From a virus (lineage: Duplodnaviria; Caudoviricetes), in the IMG/VR virus record IMGVR_UViG_3300037785_000059, positions 1 through 60,957 of that record: a DNA stretch of 60,957 bases; one strand, written 5' to 3'. Below, in pieces: positions 25,407-34,384 of this stretch (positions are counted from its first letter, which is position 1; each line of letters begins with the position of its first letter). The position numbers and the translations under genes are program-made. The notes under the pieces are model-generated. The model saw only the letters and a program-made list of their open reading frames with translations, searched no databases and had not been told where the DNA came from.

Positions 25407-25567
25407 TGCCCAGCCGTCCTGGATTGTACAGCAACATCGCCGCGAAGCGTCGCCGGATCAAGGCGGGGAGCGGCGAGAAGATGCGCAAGCCGGGGAGCAA
25501 AGGCGCTCCGACGGACAAAGCGTTTCGTGAGTCCGCCAAGACGGCGAAGAAGCGGAAGAAGACCTAA
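25406..25567 (+). CDS. 53-aa basic peptide
   Basis: GLYSNIAAKRRRIKAGSGEKMRKPGSKGAPT; TAATG-coupled on both sides. Confidence 0.7.
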   Translation: MPSRPGLYSNIAAKRRRIKAGSGEKMRKPGSKGAPTDKAFRESAKTAKKRKKT

Positions 25568-26232
25568 TGGCCCTGTCCGGCACCAAGACGTTCGATCTGG
25601 ACGTCACCGAGTACATCGAGGAGGCGTTTGAGCGGTGCGGCTTGGAGGCCCAGACGGGGTATGACCTGAAGACGGCCAAGCGGTCGATGAACCTGCTTCT
25701 GGCGGAGTGGGCCAACCGCGGCTTGAACCAGTGGACGATTGCGCAGACGACGGTGACGCTGACGCAGGGCACGCGCGAGTATGCGCTGGGCCCGGAGACG
25801 ATTGACGTTTTGTCGGCCGTCGTGCGCCGGAGCGGCACGGACTATGCGCTGGAGCGCGTGGGCCGTGATGCGGATTTGAACATCCCCAACAAGAGCACGC
25901 AGGGACGCCCGTCTCAGTTCTTCGTGGACCGGAGCATTGATCCTGTTCTGCGGCTGTGGCCGACGCCGGAGAACGGCACGGACACGGTGATCTTGGACCG
26001 CTTGGTTCGGATGGATGATGCGGCGGATCAGACGAACACGATGCAGATGCCGTTTCGGTTCTACCCCGCGCTGGCGGCGGGGCTGTCGTATTACATCTCG
26101 ATCAAGCGCGCGCCGCAGCGGACGCAGTTCTTGAAGGCGGTGTACGAGGAGGAGATGGAGCGCGCGATGTCCGAGGACCGTGATCGGGCGTCTTTGCAGA
26201 TCCAGCCGTATGTCGGGTATTATGGGGGCTAG
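25567..26232 (+). CDS. Head-tail adaptor / tail tubular protein
   Basis: IEEAFERCG, EWANRGLNQW, IPNKSTQGRP, LWPTP motifs. Confidence 0.75.
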   Translation: MALSGTKTFDLDVTEYIEEAFERCGLEAQTGYDLKTAKRSMNLLLAEWANRGLNQWTIAQTTVTLTQGTREYALGPETIDVLSAVVRRSGTDYALERVGRDADLNIPNKSTQGRPSQFFVDRSIDPVLRLWPTPENGTDTVILDRLVRMDDAADQTNTMQMPFRFYPALAAGLSYYISIKRAPQRTQFLKAVYEEEMERAMSEDRDRASLQIQPYVGYYGG

Positions 26233-26234
26233 GG

Positions 26235-26540
26235 ATGGCGACGTTTGCGCAGGGTCGGAAGGCGTATGGCATCTCGGACCGCTCGGGGTTCCGGTATCCG
26301 CTGCATCGGATGAAGAAAGAGTGGACGGGGGCGCTTGTCGGGTTTGACGAGTGGGAGCCGAAGCATCCGCAGCTTGAGCCGCGGCGCAAGGTTGTCGATC
26401 CGCAGGCTTTGAAGGATCCTCGGCCTGACCGGAAAGAGCCTTTGGTGGTCTACGTGGGGGTTCCGTTGGTGGAGGCCCCTGATCTGCGCCCGGTGCGGGC
26501 GTTTGGCGTGGTGGGACAGGTTGGGGTGGTGACGACATGA
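26235..26540 (+). CDS. Conserved virion module protein
   Basis: SDRSGFRY...EPKHPQL...DPQALKDPRPD. Confidence 0.7.
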   Translation: MATFAQGRKAYGISDRSGFRYPLHRMKKEWTGALVGFDEWEPKHPQLEPRRKVVDPQALKDPRPDRKEPLVVYVGVPLVEAPDLRPVRAFGVVGQVGVVTT

Positions 26541-27175
26541 GCATGAACTACGCCCAGCTCACGCAGGCGATTCAGGACTACATGGAGAACTCTGAGGCCA
26601 CGTTCGTGTCCCAGATCCCGACGTTTGTGCGGCAGACGGAGGAGCGGGTGTTCCGCACGGTGTTGCTGCCGGAGCTTCGGACGCACGCGACGACGAACGC
26701 GGTGGCGGGCAACCCGTATCTGGCGCGACCGACGGATTTCTTGGCCCCGTTCTCGATGGCCGTGGTGACGGATGCAGGCGAGTATTACTACCTGCAGGAG
26801 AAGGACACGGACTTCGTGCGCCAGGCGTACACGTCGCCGAGCTCCACGGGCCTGCCGCGGTATTACGCGCAGTTTGACGGGGATCGGACGGGCAGCGAGG
26901 GCAACTTTGTCTTGGGGCCGACGCCGGATGCGGCCTACACGGTCGCGTTGCATTACTATTACGACCCTGAGTCTATCGTGACGGCGGGCACGTCGTGGCT
27001 TGGAAACAACGCCGAAATGGTGTTGCTGTATGGGTCGTTGACCGAGGCGTATACCTTCATGAAGGGTGACGCGGACATGATGCAGCAGTACGAGAAGAAG
27101 TATCAGGAGGCTCTGCAGGGCCTCGGCGGTCTGGCGCGGTTGTCCATGACCGACAACTACCGAAAGGACGCGTAA
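26537..27175 (+). CDS. Head-tail adaptor protein
   Basis: MNYAQLTQAIQDY, PRYYA, GPTPD, LLYGSL motifs. Confidence 0.75.
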   Translation: MSMNYAQLTQAIQDYMENSEATFVSQIPTFVRQTEERVFRTVLLPELRTHATTNAVAGNPYLARPTDFLAPFSMAVVTDAGEYYYLQEKDTDFVRQAYTSPSSTGLPRYYAQFDGDRTGSEGNFVLGPTPDAAYTVALHYYYDPESIVTAGTSWLGNNAEMVLLYGSLTEAYTFMKGDADMMQQYEKKYQEALQGLGGLARLSMTDNYRKDA

Positions 27176-27604
27176 ATGGCTATCACTCAGGCAATGACGA
27201 CGAGCTTCAAGCAGGAGCTCATGGAAGGCGTTCACGACTTCACGACGCACACGTTCAAGATCGCGCTGTTCACCAGCTCGGCCACGCTGGGCGCGGCCAC
27301 GACGGCCTACAGCACGACGAACGAGGCGAGCGGGACGGGATACACGGCCGGCGGGGAAAATCTCACGGTGGTCGGCGGCACGGTCTCGACAAGCGGCACG
27401 ACGGCGTTCATCGACTTCGCGGACGTGTCGTGGACTTCGGCGTCGATCACGGCGCGCGGCGCGCTGATCTACAACTCGTCGGTGGTCGGCAACCCTGCGG
27501 TCGCGGTTCTGGATTTCGGGTCGGACAAGACGTCTACGGACGGCACGTTCACCGTTCAGTTCCCGACGGCCGACGCGTCGAACGCTATCGTGCGGATCGC
27601 CTAA
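27176..27604 (+). CDS. Structural tail protein
   Basis: TSFKQEL, FKIALFT, GYTAGG, TARGALIYN, VLDFGSDK. Confidence 0.75.
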   Translation: MAITQAMTTSFKQELMEGVHDFTTHTFKIALFTSSATLGAATTAYSTTNEASGTGYTAGGENLTVVGGTVSTSGTTAFIDFADVSWTSASITARGALIYNSSVVGNPAVAVLDFGSDKTSTDGTFTVQFPTADASNAIVRIA

Positions 27605-27607
27605 GCC

Positions 27608-27973
27608 ATGGTGAAGCTCGTCAACCGCGCCAAGATGACCACGTCCACGACGGGGACGGGGACGATCACGCTTGGCTCTGCGGAGACGGGCTACCAGACG
27701 TTTGCCGCGGCGGGCGTCGTGGACGGTGACACGGTGCGCTATGTCCTTGAGGACGGTGATGCGTGGGAGATTGGCTCTGGCGTCTACACGGCGTCGGGTA
27801 CGACCATGACGCGTGTTCTGGAGGAAAGCAGCACGGGGTCTCTGTTGAACCTGACCGGAGGGGCGGTGGTTTTTGTGAGCGCTGTGGCGGCGGATTTTGC
27901 GGCGTCGGTTGACGGGGGCTTTGCCTCGGCCGTGTACACCGCAGAACAGTCTATAGACGGAGGTTCGGCATAA
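27608..27973 (+). CDS. Tail-associated protein
   Basis: [18 protein letters not shown] motifs. Confidence 0.7.
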   Translation: MVKLVNRAKMTTSTTGTGTITLGSAETGYQTFAAAGVVDGDTVRYVLEDGDAWEIGSGVYTASGTTMTRVLEESSTGSLLNLTGGAVVFVSAVAADFAASVDGGFASAVYTAEQSIDGGSA

Positions 27974-29337
27974 TGGCTGACCGCATTCAAATTCGCCGTG
28001 ATCTGGCTGCGAACTGGACGAGCGCCAACCCGACGCTTGCTCAGGGCGAGCTTGGCTACGAGACCGACACGGACAAGGTCAAGATCGGGGATGGCACGAC
28101 AGCCTGGACCAGTCTTGGCTACTTCGTTGATCCCAACAGCTACCTTCTGGATTCGGACATCGGCGTCACGGTGCAGGGCTATGATGCCAACACCGCCAAG
28201 TATGATGACACGACAGCCAACTTTACGGGCACCCTTCAGAATGGTGGTAGCAATGTCGTAGTTGACTCGGACATTGGTGTTGCCGTTCAGGCCTACGACG
28301 CCAATACGGCCAAGTACGACGATGTCACGGCCAACTTCACGGGCACTCTCCAGAACGGTGGCAGCAATGTTCTGGTCGATACCGACATCGGCTCGACCGT
28401 GCAGGCGTGGGACGCGGACCTCGACACTTGGGCCGCAAAGACTGCCCCGATTGGCACTGTTGTTGGCACCTCTGACACCCAGACCCTGACCAACAAGACG
28501 CTCACCGACCCTGCGATCAACGTGGGCTCGGATGCCACGGGCGACGTGTACTACCGCGCAGCGGATGGTTCGTTTGAGCGCCTTCCTGTGGGCTCTGACA
28601 CGCAGGTTCTCACCCTGGCCTCGGGTATCCCGTCTTGGGCGGACTCCGCAAGTGGGGGCATCGCCTTCACCCGCAAGACGGCTAATTACACCGCCTCTGC
28701 AAACGAGGGGGTTATTGCCGACACCTCGGGCGGTGTGTGGACCCTGACGCTGCCTGCGACTCCGACAGCGGGGGATGTGGTTGCTGTGGTGGACGGGGCA
28801 GACTGGTCGGTCAACCACCTGACCGTGGCCCGCAACGGCAGCACCATCGAGGGTGACGCTGAGGACATGACGATGGACCTCGGCGGTGTGTCGGTGGACT
28901 TCATCTACGACGGGACCACTTGGCAGATCTATGCTCAGGTGGGGGGCTACTCTCCTGGCACGGTTGTCACGGAAGACGGCACTCAGACGATCACGAACAA
29001 GACCCTTGTTGACCCTGCCATCACGGGCACGATCCTTGAGGACGTGTACACGGTCACGGGCACCACACCTGCTCTGGACCCCTCCAACGGCTCGATCCAA
29101 GTCTGGACCCTGACGGGCAGCTCGACGCCCTCGGAGAGTATTGCGGCAGGAGAGGCGATCACGCTGATGATTGACGACGGCACGGACTACACGATTGACT
29201 GGGCGACCAGCATGTCGGTGACTTGGGTCAACAACGGGGGCTCTGCCCCGACACTGGCCACAACGGGCTACACGGTCATCGCTCTGTGGAAGGTTTCGAC
29301 CACGCTGTACGGCGCTCTGGTGGGAGACGGTAGCTGA
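27973..29337 (+). CDS. Tail fiber protein with Mtd-N/hyaluronidase-like N-terminus
   Basis: IQIRRD...NPTLAQGELGYETDT..KIGDG; 38-aa internal tandem repeat; QTLTNKTL motifs. Confidence 0.8.
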   Translation: MADRIQIRRDLAANWTSANPTLAQGELGYETDTDKVKIGDGTTAWTSLGYFVDPNSYLLDSDIGVTVQGYDANTAKYDDTTANFTGTLQNGGSNVVVDSDIGVAVQAYDANTAKYDDVTANFTGTLQNGGSNVLVDTDIGSTVQAWDADLDTWAAKTAPIGTVVGTSDTQTLTNKTLTDPAINVGSDATGDVYYRAADGSFERLPVGSDTQVLTLASGIPSWADSASGGIAFTRKTANYTASANEGVIADTSGGVWTLTLPATPTAGDVVAVVDGADWSVNHLTVARNGSTIEGDAEDMTMDLGGVSVDFIYDGTTWQIYAQVGGYSPGTVVTEDGTQTITNKTLVDPAITGTILEDVYTVTGTTPALDPSNGSIQVWTLTGSSTPSESIAAGEAITLMIDDGTDYTIDWATSMSVTWVNNGGSAPTLATTGYTVIALWKVSTTLYGALVGDGS

Positions 29338-30119
29338 TGCTGTGGAGTAAGGCTATTGGTGCGGGGGGTTTCGGGGGGCTTAACCCTGCGGATTTTTTTG
29401 GCCCTTCCGACCAAGGTTTTTTTGTGGACACTTTTGATCCCGCAAACCGTACGGGGACAACCACGGCTTCTTCCTTGATAGACCTTTCGCCGAACGGAAA
29501 TGACCTAGTCACTGAGTCGGGAGCAGGCCCGTCCGTGACAACCGTGGGCGGAAACGATTATCTAGACATAGCTGGATCTGGCCTAGCTATGACAAACACC
29601 GACACTTCTTGGATTTCTGTGTTTAACAATCAAATTACCTTTTGTGCTGTAGTGATCCCCGGAGGCAGCAGTGAGGCGGGCAATAACTTTTGGGCCCCAA
29701 ACATAACCATAGCGGACATGCGGGAGCTCGACATAAACAACGTTGCGCCATTTTCCGCAGGTAAGGGTAGCAACAAACCTTGGCTCGGGGTCACTTCAAA
29801 CCAAGATCCCGGCAGTGAATGGCTTAATGCTGGAAGCGATTTAGTTGCAAACGTGCCGGTCGTTTTTAGCTTTACCATTGACGGTAATAGCGTAAAAATT
29901 TACCTGAATGATTCTCTCGACTCTAGTGCCACGTTTACTGCTCCGGGCCTTTCTCGTTCTGGCGCGGAAATGTTTACGCTAGGGGCCAGAAGACTAAACG
30001 CTGGCACGATTGACGACTACTGGGACGGTCAGATAGGTCCGTCTTTTTTAATAAGCCGCGTTCTTACGAGCACGGAGTTGAGTCTTTTGCAGCAAAAATA
30101 CATTGACCTAATTTCCTGA
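29337..30119 (+). CDS. Lectin/ConA-like receptor-binding protein
   Basis: Visibly lower GC; beta-sandwich-like VKIYLN...FTLGAR...WDGQIG; followed by chaperone. Confidence 0.6.
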   Translation: MLWSKAIGAGGFGGLNPADFFGPSDQGFFVDTFDPANRTGTTTASSLIDLSPNGNDLVTESGAGPSVTTVGGNDYLDIAGSGLAMTNTDTSWISVFNNQITFCAVVIPGGSSEAGNNFWAPNITIADMRELDINNVAPFSAGKGSNKPWLGVTSNQDPGSEWLNAGSDLVANVPVVFSFTIDGNSVKIYLNDSLDSSATFTAPGLSRSGAEMFTLGARRLNAGTIDDYWDGQIGPSFLISRVLTSTELSLLQQKYIDLIS

Positions 30120-30136
30120 CAACACTGGAGACCCCT

Positions 30137-30574
30137 GTGCCCTACCTCAAGCTCACAAACGGCGTCCCTGAGACCTACTCAATCGGGAAACTGCGCCGTG
30201 ACCATCCGAACGTCAGCTTCCCCAAGCAGCCGAGTGACGCGCTCTTGGCTGAGTGGGACGTGTACCCCTACACGGTCCTGCCCCAGCCCGACTACGACAG
30301 CCTTGTCCAGCGGTGCGAGGCCTCGCCCTTAGAGCAGGTCAGCGGGGCGTGGATTCAAGCCTGGACCGTGGAACAGCTTCCGCTGGAGGACGCCGAGCGC
30401 AACGTCCGCAGCAAGCGCGACAGCCTTCTCGCCCGCTCCGACTGGACACAGGTCATCGACGCTCCTGTAGACCAAGCAGCGTGGGCCGCGTACCGTCAGG
30501 CGCTGAGGGACATCCCGTCGCAGCAGGGGTTCCCGTACAACATTACTTGGCCGCAGGAGCCGTCCAATGGCTAA
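30137..30574 (+). CDS. Tail fiber assembly chaperone
   Basis: RDSLLARSDWTQ...WAAYRQALRDIP.Q.GFP..ITWP. Confidence 0.85.
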   Translation: MPYLKLTNGVPETYSIGKLRRDHPNVSFPKQPSDALLAEWDVYPYTVLPQPDYDSLVQRCEASPLEQVSGAWIQAWTVEQLPLEDAERNVRSKRDSLLARSDWTQVIDAPVDQAAWAAYRQALRDIPSQQGFPYNITWPQEPSNG

Positions 30575-30917
30575 TCTTTCCGCGAAGATCGCCCCGTCTG
30601 GTGTGGGCTACATCAACATCCCGCCTGCGGGCACGAAGACCTCCAGCTACACGCTGACCAAGGACGATGTCGGTCATTACGTGCAGATCGGCACGGGTGG
30701 TTCGATCACGATCCCCGACTCTGTCTTCGCTGAGGGGGATGCGGTCAGCCTCTTCAACAACACGACGGGGGATGTGACCATTACCTGCTCGATCACCACC
30801 GCCTACCTTGCGGGGGAGGACACCGACAAGGCCAGCGTGGTCCTCGCAACGCGGGGCGTGGCCAACGTTCTGTTCATCAGCGGCACTGTTGCGGTTATCA
30901 CGGGGAACGTCAGCTAA
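30567..30917 (+). CDS. Small tail protein
   Basis: SYTLTKDDVG...ITIP...F.EGD.V domain typical of fiber tips. Confidence 0.65.
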   Translation: MANLSAKIAPSGVGYINIPPAGTKTSSYTLTKDDVGHYVQIGTGGSITIPDSVFAEGDAVSLFNNTTGDVTITCSITTAYLAGEDTDKASVVLATRGVANVLFISGTVAVITGNVS

Positions 30918-31594
30918 TGTCGGGCATTCATCAGATGCTGGTTGGTGGGTCGTATGGCGGTGGGGGAGGACTTTCGTTTACCGCAAACCACACGTCACAT
31001 GTCTCAGCCAGTAACTCCTTTACGTTACCTTCTTCTGGCGTTGTCGGGGATATTGCCGTCTTGACTTACATCACCGCCCAGGGCACAGCCCCAAACGTGC
31101 CTTCTGGTTGGACAGAGGTTTCATACACCGCCGGAACCGGCTTATTCTGGCAAATGCAGAGGAGTATTGTTAAAATACTTACGCCAGAGGATCTGGGGGT
31201 AACTCTCCCTCTTGCTAGTTCCAGTGTCCCTCAAAACGTCAACAACACGTACCTCGTAACATTTACACCCTCCCGCCCCATTACATTACTATACCCTTCT
31301 TCTGTGGATGAGGATTTCAGCACAGGGGCCGCGTTGCCGACGAGGACAAAGGACACCACCGCCTACAATCCTCCAAACATTGTGTTTGCGGCAGCATCTA
31401 ATTTAGACTCAGACATATCGTCTGTTTTTTCGGGGGTCTTTTGGGACGAAAACTTTGTCACAAATGACACTAGAGTCAGTTTGGCGGTGTCCTATGAGGT
31501 TCAGCCTAGCGAGAACACTGACCGTGACGTGACCCCTTCGGGGCAATCTGGGCAGAGCCGCATTTGCCATAGCTTTGTATTGAACGCCGAATAA
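30917..31594 (+). CDS. Putative receptor-binding protein
   Basis: Visibly lower GC; PSGWT motif; followed by second chaperone. Confidence 0.6.
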   Translation: MSGIHQMLVGGSYGGGGGLSFTANHTSHVSASNSFTLPSSGVVGDIAVLTYITAQGTAPNVPSGWTEVSYTAGTGLFWQMQRSIVKILTPEDLGVTLPLASSSVPQNVNNTYLVTFTPSRPITLLYPSSVDEDFSTGAALPTRTKDTTAYNPPNIVFAAASNLDSDISSVFSGVFWDENFVTNDTRVSLAVSYEVQPSENTDRDVTPSGQSGQSRICHSFVLNAE

Positions 31595-31606
31595 CAGGAG
31601 GAACCA

Positions 31607-32050
31607 TTGCCCTACTTCAAGCTCACAAACGGTGCCCCCACCCCCTATTCGCTGGGCCAGCTCCGCAAGGACAACCCCGAACACGGCTTTCCCCTTCGCC
31701 CTACGGACGAATGGCTGGCAGACTGGGATGTCTACCCCTACACCGTGGCCGAAACTCCCGATCACGATCCTATCACCGAGAAGGTGGTGGACGATGGCTT
31801 CTCCCAAGGCGAGACAGGCGCGTGGTTCCTGAACCGTCGAGTCGTCCAGCGGCCCGAGGAGCAAGTCGCCCAGACCATCCGCACCATGCGCGACCAGAAG
31901 CTGCGGGACACGGACTGGCTCGTGATCCGTGCTGCGGAGACGGGTGTTCCTCTGTCGGACGCGTGGTCCGCGTACCGTCAGGCGCTGCGGGATGTTCCCT
32001 CGCAGGCGGGTTTCCCGTATAATGTGACATGGCCCACTGAACCGGAATAG
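31607..32050 (+). CDS. Tail fiber assembly chaperone (paralog of 30137)
   Basis: PYFKLTNG start; TDW...AYRQALRDVP.QAGFPYNVTWP; TTG start after AGGAGG. Confidence 0.85.
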   Translation: MPYFKLTNGAPTPYSLGQLRKDNPEHGFPLRPTDEWLADWDVYPYTVAETPDHDPITEKVVDDGFSQGETGAWFLNRRVVQRPEEQVAQTIRTMRDQKLRDTDWLVIRAAETGVPLSDAWSAYRQALRDVPSQAGFPYNVTWPTEPE

Positions 32051-32054
32051 GTAG

Positions 32055-32843
32055 ATGCTCGGATTCTCCCCTCTTGCGAGCGCGCCCCTAGCGGACGACG
32101 CGGGGGAGATCAGCCCGAACGTCACGGTTTTTGCGACGGGCGTTGCGGCCACGGGGCAGGTCGGCAGCGTCACGGTTGCGACGACGGCGTCGGTGGATGT
32201 TGCGGCCACGGGCGTTGCGGCCACTGGGGCTGTGGGCAACGTCACCATCGTCACGGCAGACGGCGTCTCCATTCTTGTCACGGGCGTTGCGGCCACTGGG
32301 GCTGTCGGCAGCGTCACTGTCGCGGTCGTCGCCAATATCAACGCGCCGGTCACGGGCGTTGCGGCCACGGGGCAGGTCGGTACGGTAGAGGCGAGCGCCG
32401 GCGCGACGACGGCGGTTACGGGCGTTGCGGCCACTGGGGCTGTCGGCAGCGTCGCGGTCTTGGCGGGCGAGCGGGTTATCCCGACGGGCGTAGAGGCGAC
32501 GGGTGCTGTCGGCACCGTCACGATTTCTGGCACGGCGACGACGGCGGTTACGGGCGTGGCCGCCACGGGTGCTGTCGGCACCGTCACGATTGAGTTCAGC
32601 CAAGATGTCTTCGTTACGGGCGTTGCGGCGACGGCGGAGCTGGGGTCGGTCGAGATTACCGGCGGCATCACGGTTCTGGTCACTGGCGTTGTGGCCACGG
32701 GTGCGGCGGGCTTTGCCTCGGTTTGGGGCCGTGTTGTCCCTGACGCGCCGAGCATTTGGACAACGGTGGACCCGTCCGCGACTGGTATCTGGACGACGGT
32801 TGATCCCGATCCGGGGCAGGTGTGGGTCCGCACGGCGGCGTAG
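32055..32843 (+). CDS. Repeat-rich virion fiber protein
   Basis: MLGFSPLASAPLA start; about 10 TGVAATGxVG repeats. Confidence 0.75.
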   Translation: MLGFSPLASAPLADDAGEISPNVTVFATGVAATGQVGSVTVATTASVDVAATGVAATGAVGNVTIVTADGVSILVTGVAATGAVGSVTVAVVANINAPVTGVAATGQVGTVEASAGATTAVTGVAATGAVGSVAVLAGERVIPTGVEATGAVGTVTISGTATTAVTGVAATGAVGTVTIEFSQDVFVTGVAATAELGSVEITGGITVLVTGVVATGAAGFASVWGRVVPDAPSIWTTVDPSATGIWTTVDPDPGQVWVRTAA

Positions 32844-32853
32844 GGCCGCGATC

Positions 32854-32882
32854 TTGACGGTCGGGGTGCCCAAGCGGATACT
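32854..32882 (+). promoter_or_regulatory. sigma70-type promoter
   Basis: TTGACG-N17-GATACT. Confidence 0.55.
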
Positions 32883-32908
32883 CCGGCGCAACGACACAGG
32901 AGGCTTCG

Positions 32909-34384
32909 ATGCCCGACACATTTACGCCAGGTGGCCTGCTGCTGATTGGCAACGGCGAGCGCTCCGGAACGTGGGGCACCGTCACCAACACGAACATGCA
33001 GATCCTCGGCCGGATGATTTCGCAGGCCGGGACGATTGCTCTGTCCGGGACGACGCACACGCTGACCGTGTCGGACGGCGTGCTGTCTGACGGGCATTAC
33101 GCGGTTCTGGTCTTTGGCGGCTCGCCGTCGGGGACCAATACGGTCACGATCAACCCGAACGACGCCAAGCGGACGTTCTTTGTGAAGAACGACTCTGGGC
33201 AGAGCGTTGTGCTGACGCAGGGGTCTGGGGGCGACGTTACTGTGGCCGACGGCAAGACGGCTATCGTCTACTGCGATGGGGCGGGCTCGGGAGCTGCCGT
33301 TGTGGACATCACGGCGAACCTTGCAATCGCCGGGCTGGTCACGGAAACGGGCACGCAAACGCTGACGAACAAGACGCTGACTTCGCCGACGCTGACTTCG
33401 CCGACGCTGACTTCGCCGACGCTGACCGCGCCGGTGGTGAACGGCCCTGTGACGGGCGACGTGGTTTTGTCCGAGGCCACGTGGGAGGCCGGGACCAGCA
33501 CGACGGAGGGCGTGGTCAGCCCTGCCAAGGTGGCGGCCGCGATTGCGGCGTTGGGCGGCGGCACCTATACGGCGGGCGGCGGCATTGGCCTGACGGGGGA
33601 AGAGTTTAGTGTCGCGGCAGGCGGCGGCTTGACGCAAGACGCCGACGGCGTGTCTCACGCCGACACGTCCACGCAGGCCTCTGTCGATAATTCGGGGGCG
33701 ACGGTCATCCAGGACGTCACGCTGGACACCTATGGCCACGTCACTGCGCTCGGCAGCACGACGCTGGCCCTGACCGATCTGGGCGTTACGGCCTCTGCGT
33801 CCACGCTTAACACCGTGAGCACGCCGCAGGCCGAGGCGGTGTGGGAAGCGGGGACCGGAACGACGGAGAGCGCGGTCAGCCCGGCCAAGGTCGCGGCTGC
33901 GATTGCGGCGCTGGGGTCGTCGGGATGGACGGAAAGTGCGGTTCAGAACGCGACGGGGCAGACCTCCGTTAATTTCACAAGCCTGCCCACGGGTTTGTCT
34001 GAGATTGAAGTTTTGTTCTATCAGCTCAGTGCAAACGTCGGCCTTCAAACAGGTGTGCAGCTTTCGGTCGGGGGCGTGTTTGCAACGAGCGGCTATCAGG
34101 CCGAGGCGCAGTCGCAGAGTTCCATCTACACGTCCTCCAGCCAAATGACCTTTATCCTCACTCCTGACTCCGTTGGCGCGTCGGGCGTTATGCGTTTCTA
34201 TCGCTTTTCGTCGAACACGTGGATTTCGGAGCACAACCTTGGCGGGACAAATGGCTCCAGTGTTGCGGGCAATTCGTGGGGCGGCGGCTCTGTGACGCTA
34301 GGCGGCGAGCTGGACGGCCTGCGCCTTTGGGCGAGCCCACAAAACTACGACGCGGGCCAAGTCAAGATAAGGTATCGCACCTAA
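32909..34384 (+). CDS. Tail fiber / tail spike protein
   Basis: GE.SGTWGT.TNTN N-terminus; TLTSP x3; WEAGT.TTE..VSPAKVAAAIAALG twice. Confidence 0.75.
   Translation: MPDTFTPGGLLLIGNGERSGTWGTVTNTNMQILGRMISQAGTIALSGTTHTLTVSDGVLSDGHYAVLVFGGSPSGTNTVTINPNDAKRTFFVKNDSGQSVVLTQGSGGDVTVADGKTAIVYCDGAGSGAAVVDITANLAIAGLVTETGTQTLTNKTLTSPTLTSPTLTSPTLTAPVVNGPVTGDVVLSEATWEAGTSTTEGVVSPAKVAAAIAALGGGTYTAGGGIGLTGEEFSVAAGGGLTQDADGVSHADTSTQASVDNSGATVIQDVTLDTYGHVTALGSTTLALTDLGVTASASTLNTVSTPQAEAVWEAGTGTTESAVSPAKVAAAIAALGSSGWTESAVQNATGQTSVNFTSLPTGLSEIEVLFYQLSANVGLQTGVQLSVGGVFATSGYQAEAQSQSSIYTSSSQMTFILTPDSVGASGVMRFYRFSSNTWISEHNLGGTNGSSVAGNSWGGGSVTLGGELDGLRLWASPQNYDAGQVKIRYRT

Noticed and set aside
27973-29337. Diversity-generating retroelement suggested by the Mtd-like N-terminus
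   Set aside because: No reverse transcriptase and no adenine-variant TR/VR pair seen; the internal repeat is an in-frame tandem duplication
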